A stretch of 64,000 bases of DNA from Schmidtea polychroa (taxonomy: Eukaryota): NCBI GenBank assembly GCA_044892525.1, contig CM097885.1, forward strand, positions 227,478,001-227,542,000, given 5' to 3'. The notes beneath the pieces were generated by a model. That model was not told the origin of the DNA. It searched no databases and saw only the letters and a program-made list of their open reading frames with translations. A program made the translations under genes and the position numbers. Shown piece by piece: positions 13,628 to 28,792 of this stretch. How positions within the stretch are numbered: the first letter of the stretch is position 1; each line of letters begins with the position of its first letter.

Positions 13628-14527
13628 AAATGAGAGGGTGCACGTCGGCGGGCCCACAAGGAAGCCCACAATATCGGGCATTCAAGTCGCGTTTTGTCAG
13701 GTCTCGACCTACCCAAAAAACATAATGTGACTAAATATATAGGTTGAATTTTCTTGTGTTCCTGTTAGGATATAAGTATTAAAGGGGAGACTGCCAATCC
13801 GACGATAATTTGGTACAGTTGTACCGCGATCTGTTAAAATTAACCAACCTGTGTTAATTTCAGTACGTGAGGAAATCTATACATTGTGGCGAGAAAAACA
13901 CAACATTTGAGCGTTAGCGAGGCAAGCAATCGTCGGGTTCGAGAAGAGATACTCAAGACAATGTCCAATGAGTGTATTCAAAATAAAACTTTTCTACTGT
14001 TTAATGTAATGGCTAATAAATTTTAGTTTAACGTAATTTGAGTTTCTTACAAATCGTACAAGTACTTTAGCTTCTAAGGGACTCAAGCCAAACTGAGAAA
14101 TACCTTTAAATGGTAGTCCACGAACCCGCCGAATGCTTGACGATTATAGTGTAGAAAAATAAGCTCACTTTTCGCGAGTATTCACCCATTGGATACAGTT
14201 CTAACGTTGATTTTTAACGAGTATCGAGTGGTAAGGCAACGTTATATTCTGGGTTACGCTAGAGGGTATATTTTGGTTACCAGTAACCCACTACTAATAA
14301 GCCGAACTTCGATCATGTTTTCTCGATCTATTGCATTCAAATTGTTTCAATTAAAAATATTGTATCGAGTCTGTTAAATTCGTTTTTATCAACTATGGGT
14401 CTTATTCGGAGTTTGTGATCGATTCTGATGTGCTAAACTTCAGTTACGTTTTCTCGATGCAAGATTATATAATTTTTTGAAATGAAATGAAAATGAAATT
14501 ATTAATAAAAAAATTAAGAAAAATGTA

Positions 14528-14709
14528 ATGAGTAGTTCTAGTAGTGGAGCTCACCTACTCATGGATTTTCAGCCAGTGTACACTACTAACATAGTTTTTT
14601 CCGTTGTTACATGGATGGTAGAAAGTTAAATAATCATGAAGGAAGAGTTACTGACAAATCTTTAAGCAACCCTAGAACATTTAAACAGCACACCCATTAA
14701 ACGCCAACA
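14528..14709 (+). mobile_element. Relic LTR 3' end with partial RNA module
   Basis: GAGTAGTTCTAGTAGTGGAGCTCAC helix, ACTACTAA bulge, and terminus AAACGCCAACA identical to the end of solo LTR C. Confidence 0.55.
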
Positions 14710-14721
14710 CAAAGTGCTATT

Positions 14722-15043
14722 TGTTGGTAACCGAATAAACCACATTTTATATATTTTACATTATATTTTCTACATATTTTTTCATTTGACTCATTTTTGT
14801 ATATTTAAAAGAAATTATTAAAATAAATGAATTTTATATCAAAGTCCACATTTTACCCTTTCGTGATGTTTCCAGCGTAACCCAGAATAATATGATGTCG
14901 CACCGCTTAATACCCTTTGAGTGATCAACGTTGATACTGTATCAAGGGTTGGAATACCAGCAAGAAGTGAGCATGCTCTTGGATACTAAAATTGTCAGGT
15001 ACTCTCAGCGGGCCCACGAACTGCCGATAAAATGCCTGTACCC
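14722..15043 (-). mobile_element. Relic LTR 3' end with RNA module (ORF-less subfamily, similar to 29935-30120)
   Basis: The reverse complement aligns over ~180 nt with 29935-30120 (tatcggcagt, gctcact, tattctgggttacgctggaaaca); candidate TGTTGG terminus at 14722. Confidence 0.65.
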
Positions 15044-17650
15044 GATTTTCCATTAAGTCCCTATTCTGCTAATTTCTTTCATCTATGACCAGGCTTCTAC
15101 TTTCATATCCCTACCCGTATAAGTTCACGCATGTAATTATTTAACTGCTAATACCACCTTACTACTTGTTTGCGCATTGTATGCCCGGTCCCACTTCTAG
15201 GTTATTTTATCTGACTACATCTATTTTCTTCTACACTGAGCCTAGGTTTTAATTAATTCTATACTGTTATGATAGTTCTACATGGATTCCACCTTAAATT
15301 AAACCCGGTCTTTATCATCTATTCCTAAATTTTAAGTTAACTGTATTCATATAAGAAATTTAAGAAAATTTTCCCTCAAGATATTGCCATGCCTACTTTA
15401 ATATCCAATTATTTTCATGCTTAATTTGGTATATTACTAATTTACTTTATTTTAGTAATTAACTTGACTTAATTGAATCTAATTGTTTCAAATTTTTTAC
15501 TTGTTATTATGTGTATAGGCGCGTTATTTAGACAACGTATTTATAAATATATAAATGTATTTCTAATTATATAAAAATATTTTTTGGACAAAGTTATACT
15601 CTTGTGGTCCATACTTTCCTCAGTTGTGACTGCTCAAAGAGACACAAATGTCAATTTATAGTATTTTTGCCTCATTAGATTTTAGCGAGCGGAAATTTGG
15701 ATTGGCCGTCGGGTAATTTTATTTAATTTAATTGCACTAACTGTCCCTTAAGAAGTATGAGGAAGATTGATTCATCGAAATGGAAAAACAGACCCAAATA
15801 AATTAACAATTATGTGCTCACGCGGTAAATTTATCATTTTGATTAATTCTCACTGGAGCAACATGCCTTTGAAATATTTGTACGCAGAATTTTGTTGTGA
15901 TCCATAAGAATTATGACCTTAATTTTGAAATGTAAATGAAATAAATGTTAGATTTGTGTTAATATTTTTGAATTTTTGTTAATATTTCTGAATTTTATAT
16001 GGAATTTTTATGACGTAACGCACGTGAATATCTAATCTGGGTCGTACTAAAGACCCGATACGACTTGTGCAGAGGTTCGACAAAAGGGATTTTGATTTTT
16101 TCGATGGGTTAATAGTTGTGGCTGTGGTAGGAGTGATTGGCTATCGACCGGGGAATTGCAATGCAAGTGTGTGGGCCAACTGGCTATCATATGGTTTTCT
16201 GCTGATGTTGGGTCATCGATGAAAATGCGGGGGGGGGGGGGGTGGAGGGTTTGGTAAAAATATATTTTTGTCTTTTCCAGCGACCTCATTGGATGGATGT
16301 TTTATTTTTGTTCTACCATATGCCGGATATGTGTGTTATGCACCGACACATTCCGTCACAATCCTAACTTTCCGTCTAAAAATCAGTTTTAGCCCAACAA
16401 TAAACAAAAATATATCTGATGTATTAAAAATATTTATTTAATGGTCACTATGGTTGTTTCATTAGAAATAATGCTATTGTTTTTTTCAAAACTAAGAAAC
16501 TTCATTGTATGGAATTAATACTGCTCACAAAACAGGTTTAAATTGTATAATACACGCACAACTCTTTTAGAGTTCCATATTTTAGAAAAAGTTATATTGC
16601 ATGAAAGAAAACTCATATAAGCGGCGAGATTTCATTCCTGTTCAAATTTGCACAAACAGGCTTTTCTCCAAACGTCCGATGCTTCTCAATGGCAATACTT
16701 TACTCAGGATGTATTAATAGCTACCAAGTTATTAATTATTATTTATTAACTTTCATAGTAAAGAAAATGAGTCACAATTATTTTATTTTTTATTAACTAT
16801 TTCTCACACCTGACACTGATCACGCACCCCGGGTAGTGTAAGAAGTATTTTGGCAATAACTGGGCTATATGAAAGAAAAGAGTTATACTCGTATCATCAC
16901 TTCGATCAATCCGGTTTATTCTACAAATTCTTTTGAGATGTGGATTAACCAATTATTGTCACTCTTGTATTGTTTTATTTCTTATTTATATGTTTTCATT
17001 TTCTTTTGATTTTTTGATTTTTATTAATTAATTTATTAATCATGCTTTATTTATTTTTACATGTTTGTTATTTTGTGGTTTAATTGATGCTTTTAATTAA
17101 TTTTGAATATACTTGGTACAGCGCGTGCCATGTTACTGGTGCGTTGGAATAAACTCAGGAATTATTGAATTTTAGCCCAACAAAAATTTGAAGTGATTTT
17201 TTTATCGTAAAAGTTGTGTTGGTAATTTGTGTATTTTGGTAATTAGTGTAAAATCAATCTATTACTATTTAAAAATAAAAATATTCAATAGTGAAAATCA
17301 AAATTTTAAGACCTTACAAGATATATAAACCCGATTGTGTAATTAAAACCCATAAAATCATGTTTCCATTGACCTTTTAATAATTACAAAATTTTCAAAA
17401 CACAAAATTTTCAAAAGTATAAAGGGAAATCTTTCCAAATTTTGAAATGTCAATAAAAATTAATCTTGTTTAAATTAATAAATATAACATTTCGTTAGAA
17501 ATAAATTATTTGAATTGTTACTAATAGATTATCTATTATACTTTATTTAATTACATTTTATAATATTTTAAAATTATTTATAAATTTAACATTTATTTAA
17601 TTAAAGTATTGATTTAAAAATCATTTTAAACATTAATTTTGCTGAGAAAG

Positions 17651-20600
17651 ATGTTATATTTATGTTTCTTCTATATTTTTCTTTGGATAATATTGATAGT
17701 TATGCCATTGATAATGTTAGCGATTTGTCAAAATGTTGATTTTGTCTCAAAATTTACACGTAAATTTCTAACTTGAAATCCAGTAAAAAACTTTCTAGAT
17801 TAGGATATGGATTATTCGAAAAACGATTATTAAGTTTTACAATGGGACTTTTATTAGGAGATGTATTTTTAAATATCATGCCAATGGTGTGGAGAAATTA
17901 TAAAAGTAAGAAACATTGATTTTTGTTTATTAATGTCTTTTAAAATGCTAATTTTATATACTATCATATAAATAAAGTGATTATATTTTAACAAAGTTAC
18001 ATGTGATTACTGACTAGAAAAAATCCTCATTTTCAACATTTAAGTTATGTTAGTATTAATTTTATCCACAAAACTGTCATCATTTTGAGACCAGCTTTGA
18101 ATAGCACTTTGGAAACTAACTTTGAATTTTCTATATGTACAGTTGATCATTGCATTCTGTGAACCTTGTTCCAATTTTTGTTTGGATGCTGCATTAAAAT
18201 AATCAAAATCAAGAGTTCTATATCTCTGATTCGAGTAACTCTCAATATATTGTCCACATTTTAATACATTGATGCTGTTCAAATTTCTTGGCAAGCTATG
18301 GCCACAAAATTGTGTGTTAGTATATGGGACTTTACATGCTATTAGAAATTGTATGCATATCGGGAAACTTTTTATTTCGATTGCTTGGCTACCTAAAACA
18401 CATTAACCGTTTGCGGACGATAGGCCAGCCGTGCTGGCCTTAAATTGCTTATACGGTTGCAAACGGTAGGCCAGCAAATTTTGGCCACGAATTTTGTTCC
18501 AGATGTTTAACAATGTATAACAATGTATTAACCAGCTGTGCCGGCCAAACTTTAAAAAAGTCATACCACAATATCAAGCATTCGTATACTAAAAAAATTT
18601 ATGCTAAAAAATATAATAAATTAATTTCGTCCGCAAACGGTTAAAACAAAATTTATATACAGTCTTTCATTATAAATATATACTATATTGGTACAGTGAT
18701 ACACACAATAATACAGAAAATCTACGTCATTATATCCTCAATTATCACTAAAATTGATTTATAACGTGTTTTACACTAAAAACATTAAAAATAACGAAAT
18801 ATATTTTGGTTTGTGACGATATTTTACTGAAAGTGGATTGGCCGTCAATGTGTTAAAAAAAACTTCAAAATATTTTATTATTTTACATTTATTTCTCGAG
18901 AAATATTATTTTAAACAAAAGATATAATAAATCATTTGGAAATAAAGCATCAGTAAAAGCCAACCAGAAATCTTTAGATATTATAGATTATATAAACAAG
19001 TTTCAAAATGTTATTATTTTAAATTGGTATTTATTTTCTAGTTTTTGTAAATTCAGTAAAAATTGTTGATAAATTGTTTGAGTTGTTGATAAAGAATGGT
19101 TATTCAAAGTCATTATATTCAAAATCTACTGATAAATTTATTAAGAATTCTAGGGATCCGTGTTTGCAAATGTTTGTGCGTAATTCGAGAAGTATAGGTA
19201 AGCTTTGCAAGCTTAGAAAAGAAAATTGTTTTTTTACAATATGAGAAACCCATTGTTTTTTTAATCGTTATGTGGATTATATTTTTCTTATATTTGAAAA
19301 TCATAGCCATGTTCAACCATTTTTGTATTATATGAACAGTTTAAACAAAAACATTGTATTCACATATGAAACTGAAAGAAAGTCATTTATCACATTCTTA
19401 AATTTGTTAATTCAGCGAAAAAATAAACATGTGAAAGAGATTTATAGAAAACAAACTGATACTTTCTATACTTCTGAAAGTTTATGTGAATTTCAGGTAA
19501 TAATGAATGTAATGATGATCAACCTAAATTTGTGTTGGTATTGCTGTACTTAGAAGGATTTACAGATTATAAGAGAAATATAAGCAAGCAGTTGGAAAAT
19601 TCAAAATATAAAATTGTGTCTAATTCATGTTATGTTTATTGATAAATCTAAAACTCTGATTGGACTGTGTTCGGATCTCGTTTATCGATTTACATGTAAT
19701 GAATACAATTTTACATACATTGAAGAGACTTACTATCAGCTCTGTATTCGAGTTCTTCAATATTATCGACCGAAGGGATTGATCAATATTATTGACTTCA
19801 ATAAAAGCGGTTTGAGTAAAATAGGCTTGCTTGATTTTAAAATATTATTAATTTTTTTTAATAATTATTGATAACGTTATATTTTTGTTAGGATTTGTCT
19901 ATAAGATTATTGAATTCGAAACGTAATGTGGAAAATTCGTTGAATACTTGTGTTTTGAATATTTTCAATAGTTTTGATATTGGATCGAATACATCTAATA
20001 TATAAAGATGAAAGTTTGTTTGTTTGCTACCCTTAGAATTTCCCACCGTCGGACCTAGGGTGCTGAAATTTTGCATGTGACCCTCATTTGACTCGAGACA
20101 GGTGTTGGGCTGAGTCGAGAATTTAATCGTTGAAAAATAAGAAAGTAGGGAAGTAGAACGTTAAGAAAAATAAAAATAAAATAAATAAAATCAGAAATAA
20201 AATAGAATAAGATATAAGGAAAATAATAATTAAGACATAAGAATTAAAACAAAAAAATAAAATTAAGAAAAGATCAAAATAGAACAAGTTGACAAATAAA
20301 TAAAGAGGAATTCAAGAAATAATAAGGAAATTAAGGAAATAAATAGAAAAACATATTAAAAATAAAGAAAATAAGGAAAAAACAACCTAAAAACAAGAAA
20401 ATTATATTAAATTAATAGAAATAAGCGGTACTCAACTCTGATTGGTCCGCACAAATAAGAATTTGATATATATACAACTACCAAAAACATTAAATTTACT
20501 GTTAACCCCGAGCATTTCATAGAGAGACATTCACTATTCGCGGAATTCTATTTCAAGGATCGACACTACTAGCCAAGCAACCGTCATTCAGAAAACTCCA

Positions 20601-23600
20601 TAACTATTCAAAACCAGTTCAGAGACCGAAATACCATTCATCACAATCATCGACATCCAACGGACCACCATTAGAACTATTTTGGAACGAACAACATTGA
20701 ATTTTGACTCAGCCTAACAATAGTAAGGGGTATTTCATTTGTTTATAGATTTATTTAAGTATTTGCAAAGCTAATAGTAATGTTAAATATTAACGATTAA
20801 ACATTTCAGTTAACTCTCTTCATTTGATTCTCCATTTTAATAACTTTAACGTATTGATGGAATTTGTATTATTTAAGTATTTCAGAATTAATAAAATATT
20901 TTTATCCAGATGTCCGTATTTTACTTGAATTAAAGATTTTATGAATTTTCATTTAACGAGTAACGTGGAGTTGAGATACTCCATGTCATGGTATGAGGTG
21001 CCTTCGGGAGCTCAGCCGGTGGACATGGAGTATTTCAATCACGCAGTTAGATTGGGCCGAAATGTGAAGGCTTCTTCACGGGTCCTATCGCTGAAGATGC
21101 GACTAAATTATCACAATGGGTTATGGTTAAAAGAATCGCTGGTAGACAATGATTTTCACAAAGATAGTCGTACGAATGAAGGGATTTTCAAGGATTTGCA
21201 CAGTGACTGAGGGCGTCGCATTCCTTTTTCTTTCGTCAAGTCGTTTTCGTAAATCTTACCCCTATTGAAAAATGAGATCCAGACAACGATTTAGTGAACT
21301 TCGTCAAAAGTAACGACATCTCATAGTACGCTTCATCTGGAAACATGGTTTTATCAATTTAATTGCGACAACGTCTATTTGCCGGACTCAGTAGAACTGA
21401 TTTCGTATGAAATTCCGTTATCATAGACCCGATGTCATCTAGCCTGTCCAGATTGCATGTCAGGTTACGAAAGTATTCTAAAACTTTAACTAACTTGAAA
21501 CTATAAAATGCGAGATTCTACGAAAACCTCTCTAATGTTATAATCAGAAAGTTTTATAGACTTAGTTATTTCAAAAATTATAAACAGGTAAAATATCACC
21601 AAATTTAATTAATAACATTTATTTCTACAATAAGAGCCAGGTCATCACTGTGTATATCCAAATTATTGAACCTGAGAGAAAATTTCGAACGGCTAAGGAC
21701 AGGTTTCATCGAGACGGCATTACATCTGAATAGGAAAATCCGAGTAGAATGACGCGAGTAGTAATATGCTTCAGCTTTTGGTAGAATTATTCCCTCGACG
21801 ATCACTGAAAAGATCCAATAAATTTCCAAACGATGGTGATCATTCACACAAGTTGATCAGGGTAAAATTCCGCGATGAGAACTGACGGCAGCATAAATCA
21901 TGATTCACATAAATCACTGTGCAGAGAAAATCATACGACAGTAGGATCGATAAAATCACCGTGAAAATGGCATACACCAAGTGAGTGAGATAAGATAGTA
22001 GCCATACACGAATCCATGTGGTGAGAGCACAGAATATCAGACTAGCATACATAGTAGTCGCGACACGTGACAGTCACAATAGGTCGATAATGTAATCAAC
22101 CAGTCGACAGCAGTATCCGCAAATTTGAACATGTGTTATGACCGATGAGATCTCCCATTAGAGTGTTAAAGTAACGGCTGATGTAAACTCATCACATATT
22201 CTCAGACAAATGGTAGACAATATGGATAATCACATTCACTACCGAATTAAAAGTGCACTTCCAATAACAAATTTCGAATCAAAAAATATGTTGAGAATAG
22301 CGATAGTAATTTGTTTTTAATAAAATAAAATAGATAACTTACAGTAAGGTTTGGTCGCATACTATAATGTTCCTCTACTAAAGCATTATTATACTGTTTC
22401 ACCAATAGTATATTTACACCCTATTAATTATTACTTCCCTCATGCATACAATTAGATCAATAGAGAGTCAAAGTTAATAACATGCGTCAAACCGATGGCA
22501 TTTGGTTAAATAAACTGTTTTAACAAATAAGATCCGTAGTAAAACCGGATTGTAGAATAAGTTTTCCTTCTTTTCGTCGGTCAAGCATCCACGAATGGCC
22601 GTGGGTCGTATCTAATTTATTCTAAAATCGTATGTTCTACATTTCATTAGTATTATTTATAGCAAGCATGCTACCAACCACTAAATCAGCATTACGGCCG
22701 TGCTTCTCGTGCGCGGATAAAAACACGGTGATAAAGGACCTACAAACTCAGATTGGACGTTACAAGAGGAAGATAGACGAGCTGGAAGGGACATGGTTTA
22801 GTCCCGCTCGGATGAAAGAGATCCAAAGGAAGCTCGATCGTAGCGAGCATTGCCGGGACGCGCTAATATCTGAGAGCCGTGCCCAAAGAAGTCTAATCAG
22901 AGAACAATCCGAGGCACTGCATAAGGTTTACGTGCAGGCGGCTACAACCCGAAAAATAGTGCAGATTCCCATCCGAGAGGCCGATGACATCTTTCCGCCT
23001 CATCACAACCCTTCCTCGAATCCATCTCCACCGTTCAAGAGACCGTGCCGAGACTGCGTCGAAACCGAATTGTCCCCCAAGCGACCAGATGTTGTCATCA
23101 CGGGTACCAGTAAGCCCCCCACTGCTAGTCCATCTGTATCAGTCACCCTTCTGCAAGTGGCATCTTCAAGCAAACCCAAGCGCAAACAACTCTCTCGTGC
23201 AGAGCGCAAGAAGAGACAGCGCGAACGCGCTACTACAAAGCCAAACATCCCATCAATAGAGGACTCAACCAACGGTGGCAACTCTCACGTGTCCATCGAC
23301 CTAACAACGGGACCCTCGGCACGAATCATATCAGCCGCTGGCGTAATGTGGGAAGAGAACGCTTCCGAGTTTTTCAACCTCGACGAATTATTCGCCGACG
23401 CTGAATGGGAGAAACAATAAAACCCCAGTGGCGGTCAGGATGAAGAACAAGGATCCGATCTATGTTGATTATGATGTTTCCTCTTCTTTCGACAGACATT
23501 AGTAAAGTGTACAGCTGAATCCTTGTGTCATAACGTTGAAATTAATAAATATTGTTGTCTTACACGTTTTCGTTCATGAATAATTAGACTTTAATTAAGC

Positions 23601-26600
23601 GGGTTGAGTAGAGAACCCGCAAGATCTAGTGAGAAATTCCCAATTTGCATTCAGCGAATCCTGGTAAGTGGTTGTGTAAGGAAATGGACGTAAGCCCTTC
23701 TATCGGCAGTCGTGAATGGGAAGTCGAGGCCTCAGCAAGGAGTAGTTTTAAGGCAGAAGCTCACCTGCTTGCTGGCGTCTCGCCTGCATAGTGCAGTACC
23801 AACGTGAAGTGATTCACGGGCACTATGTGGGAAGAAAGTTATGTGGGGTTTCACTCCAGGTTGACAAATCGGTGGCACCTTTTATTCGAGATGGACAATC
23901 AACCCTTAGACTCGTCAACGTGGTAGAGTGGTCAGCCGAGGTGTAACCCCAACACAGGTCATAAGCTATGTTTCAACCCCAGATGACCACCCATAGGGTA
24001 CCCTAAGTCGGTTTGTTTGTCTGTCCGGTCAGCAATTTACCATATAAATAATAATTTATTATATGCTTGCTACTTGCAGTTGAAAGTAAGATAATTTAGT
24101 CAAAAGTTTTCAAAGCAGAATTCAAACATGGAGAATTTGAATTTTATTTGATTAGCAAACCAATTTGCAATTGGAAAAATATAGCCAGTTATTTTTCGAT
24201 TTAAATTGGAGTGCGTTTTCGAGTTTACAAATTGTGAATTAAACATGGAATTGAAGCTGTTATAAAATTAATACTGGAACGTAATAACATTATTAAACAA
24301 AAAATTAATTTAAATGAATTATTATAATAAATGTAAACTCTGGCGAAGCCGGGTACAACAGGTAGTTGAATAAATAAATATATAAATATATATATATTTT
24401 TAAAAAGATTTAAATTCATAGATTATTTGTTAAAATTAAAATAATAAATTAAAATTATAATAAAATATTCTAGAAATTTTTAAATGTATTTATTGAAAAT
24501 AGTCTTAACAGGAGAATTATTGATTATTGGAATTAAATAAAATTTTCTTAAAATTTATGTAATTTGTTTATTAAATTTATAATATTTATAGGTTTTTCTA
24601 TCTTATCTGATAATGAGAGTAAATCCGTCGAAACATATCACAAATCGTGAGGCTTTCTAATAATTAAATCATTGTCATGTTTAATCGTTTTCCTTTGGCT
24701 GGATTAACAAGTCTAAGAACATAATGAATGGTATTTATTGGTAACATGTGATATGTGAAGCTTTGCTAATAAGATCATAGGATCCGAAAGTTAATTTAAA
24801 ATTGCTGTGAACACTTTGTAGGAACAATACCAATATTTAAAAAGTATTCATGAGAAAATTTGATAATTCCATTAGGTGAGCTTCAAACACTGATAACACC
24901 GAAATATGTTAAAAAAACAGAGAGAATGATGTTGCTTAAATGATATGTTCGGCAGAGATCAAATGGTGTTGTATTGAGGATTATAATATTGACTTTTGGA
25001 AATGATATATCTTTGGATTGAACTGTAGATCATATAGAACTGGAATATACCAATGAGAAACCAATACCAGATTTTTACCACAAATTGCTGCAATTCCAGA
25101 GTTTTGAATTCATGTTGAAATAAAAGGTGGTAATGTTCGAAAAAGATTGAATGAATGAATATTTGTTTTCGTTGTTTAAATTAAGCATCATCCTATGACT
25201 AATTTGTTTCATTATTTTTAATTACTAAAACGTAATTCAACCTAAATCTTTTAAAATACCCATGATGGAAAACAACGACAATGAGACCAGGAGGCGTAAA
25301 ACCAGAACGATACTAACTGCAAAAGATCTTGAAACGATTAATGCGATGCGTAAAGATGGTAATTCTTTCGTAAAAAATCGCCCAGAATTTAAATCTATCA
25401 ATTATAACTACTCAGAAACGATTTGTGGAGATTGAAAGGTGTAAGGTTGAGGACATTAACTTATCGACTTTGATTTAGAAGAAGGGCAGGGCCGTTTTAA
25501 TTTTTAACATGCTTTTACAGTTGCAGAGAATTATCCAAGACGACCCACTTTTAACGCAAAGTGGAATGAAGAAAAAATTGGAAGAAAATAATATTAAAGT
25601 GGAATGAAGAAAAAATTGGAAGAAAATAATATTAAATTAAAAGATGTAGAGATAAAAAGAAAAGAGTAAAAATGTACATGAAAAAGTGAATGATGAACGA
25701 AAGTTCTTTTCGATAAAATATAAAAATACTCCAAATTCTAAATTATTGCATCTCGACGAAACAGGACTTAATCTTCACACAATGATGAATTTCGGATATT
25801 CACCGAAGAATTCCCCGGTAAATGTTCTTGTGAAACCAAGAGAAAGGATTGTAAACTGAATGGTTTTGATTTCTAATGAACGTATATTAAAATATAAATT
25901 AATAGACGGGGTTTATAATGCGAGTAGTTTTCAGGATTTCATGAATGAGTCTGTGGAAGAAGGTATTGATTTTAGAAATCAAATTGTATTGATGTATAAT
26001 GTAAGATTTCACAAAACTGCTTCGAAAAGAGAGTTTTTTAGTTCAAAAAACATTGCTTTTGATTTTATACCTCCTACTCGCTCGCATTAAATCCAATTGA
26101 AGAATGTTTTAAGGTAAGATATTTTAATAAAAGACCACTACCACAGACGATATTAAACAGTTAAAAATAACGACCGACGAACATCATATATATAATAATG
26201 AATAATATATATATCAAAAAAAGGTATTTGAGAGGCGATAATGATGGTTATATCCTCGAAAGTTTATGGTGGATCAATATCCTTCAAAGGGTGATCAAAT
26301 TNNNNNNNNNNNNNNNNNNNNNNNNNNNNNNNNNNNNNNNNNNNNNNNNNNNNNNNNNNNNNNNNNNNNNNNNNNNNNNNNNNNNNNNNNNNNNNNNNNN
26401 NNNNNNNNNNNNNNNNNNNNNNNNNNNNNNNNNNNNNTATAACAAAGACAATGACTCATCCGATGACTCATAAAAACAAGTCTCCACTAGAACAAAGCCA
26501 TTGACTTATCCTAAAAATATTTAAAAAAATTATATCATTGTTCCAGCAGTGACCTACTTTTTTTGGCAAACCAAAAGTTATTGTTCCTATCAACCGATTT

Positions 26601-27067
26601 TATTGAACGATGACTTATTTTAAAGCCCAGTGCAAGACCTTTTTAATGAGATATCATTACTAGATTTAAAGTTATTNNNNNNNNNNNNNNNNNNNNNNNN
26701 NNNNNNNNNNNNNNNNNNNNNNNNNNNNNNNNNNNNNNNNNNNNNNNNNNNNNNNNNNNNNNNNNNNNNNNNNNNNNNNNNNNNNNNNNNNNNNNNNNNN
26801 NNNNAAAAACCTAAAATATTTTTACACACATAAGTTATGGGGTAGAGAATTATTGTGTTTGCAATAATTAAGGGCAAAAATATGAAATTTTATCAAAATT
26901 TCTTAAATTTATGAAAAATCTATGTTTTCTGTGTGTGCCTTAAAATAAAATTATCAATAAGGAGCAATAATTTGAATAAAAAGGGAAACATTTACATACA
27001 TTCTATATCACATTCGATATGTATTGCACATGCCTTGTTTAACATGAGTGTATATGCTTAATATGTG

Positions 27068-27139
<72 letters not shown>

Positions 27140-28737
27140 ATTTTTATTATTATTATTATTGTAGTCAGAGTTTATCCAACAAGATATTTTAATTAAATTA
27201 TATAAATTGAATTGAAAGAATTTTTCAAATAATTAAAACAAATATTTTCCGAATTTTTAAATTTTAAATTCGAATAAAAATCTAAATGTTATTTCAATCA
27301 AATATGTATTTACTTAAAAAATTTTGGCGTAACTCAAGTTATTCGAGTACAGGTTTTATTTTTCTAATAAATTTTCAACAAAAATTAAAATTTAAATAAA
27401 AATTAAGACAACTCAAAATTACATTATGCTAATCTGTAATTTATGTTACTATCAAATATTGTGGATTTCAGTGAAAAGCAATCAGAACTTGCTTATAGCA
27501 GGCCTATGGACAATTGGTGGATTAATCACTTTCTTTATTTGCGAAAAGTCATTAAACATAATTGGGATCACCGTTGGCCGAGTATGTTTGTTTTTATTTA
27601 CTGAATAAATGAATTTTATAAATAACACAAATAAAAACAATTAGAGTGCTGATATGACATTGAAATGCCACGATCAATCGGTTTTGAATCACAATTCCAA
27701 CAACAACAACAACAGCAACAATCATGCAATAAAAACGAAAAAATTATTTTCGAAAAAAATAAAGGTTTATTTAAAGTATATATCTTTTTTCAATTACCGA
27801 ATATTTTGTCGCAAAGGAAATCGGTTATCTGGCTTTAATTGTTTCTTGCCTTGAAAATTTATTTTATGGTATTCTAATGGGGACAGCTTTCACATTGACA
27901 GGAAAGGTTTCATCGTTTTTTATAACTAGATAGGTATTTAATAAAAATGGCATTAAGATCGGGTTGTTCACAACGCTCTGTGTTCTTATTCATGAAATAC
28001 CTTATGAATTAAGGGATTTTGTCCTTTTAATCCACTCAGGATTCGATATCTACCACACAGTTTTGTGCCAAGTATTTATATTTTTTTGATTAATAGATCG
28101 AATGAACTTTAGATAACTTTAGAATCATTTAAAATGTAATTAATTAAATAGATAAATATAATAATTCTGAAAATTCTATGCTGAATAACCAAACTTTTCA
28201 ACCTAATCAAATAAAGAAACAAATGTCAAAATTTATCTATAAATATTTGTAAAATCTTAATTTTTTTTGTTCACCTTTGATCTGTTTTCTATTTTTGATA
28301 TTTTATTTATTTTCATTATGACGGAAAAGATCAAAAATTAATTTTCTATACAACACAAACGTTGCGGTATTTTAAATTTAAATATATTTTAATTATTAAA
28401 TATATTACGTTGAGGTATTTTAAAATTTAAATATATTTTAAAAACTTTTTTTGACGCTTAAGTTGACAAAATAAAATTATTGCACATACTTTGCACATAC
28501 TTTGCATAATCATATATAGTCTATCAGAGAAGATATTCTGTTCCCCTATGGGTAATGGTCACAAAGGTACTGCTCAAACTTTAACATATTATTACACACA
28601 CACAATGTATAAAAAATATTATTAGTGTCCACACATGGTTTTGGTCATGCGACAAGTTAGTGTTCCCATCGATAGCTCATCTTAAAGTCTGGTGTAAGAT
28701 CTATCTAATGATATATTATTATTATAATTGGTAAAGA

Positions 28738-28792
<55 letters not shown>

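Larger units (their letters stand above)
19994..24365 (+). mobile_element. Non-autonomous Helitron-like element (~0.5 kb net) interrupted by solo LTR B
   Basis: 5' A|TCTAATATATAAAG...gtttgtttgtttg and 3' GCGAAGCCGGGTACAACAGGTAG|T resemble invertebrate Helitron termini; no TSD. Confidence 0.55.

Noticed and set aside
13413-13716. ORFs spanning N runs (also 26198-26877)
   Set aside because: Artifacts of assembly gaps.
16391-17182. AGCCCAACA motifs at 16399 and 17182 as further LTR termini
   Set aside because: No partner terminus with a matching 4-bp TSD was found.
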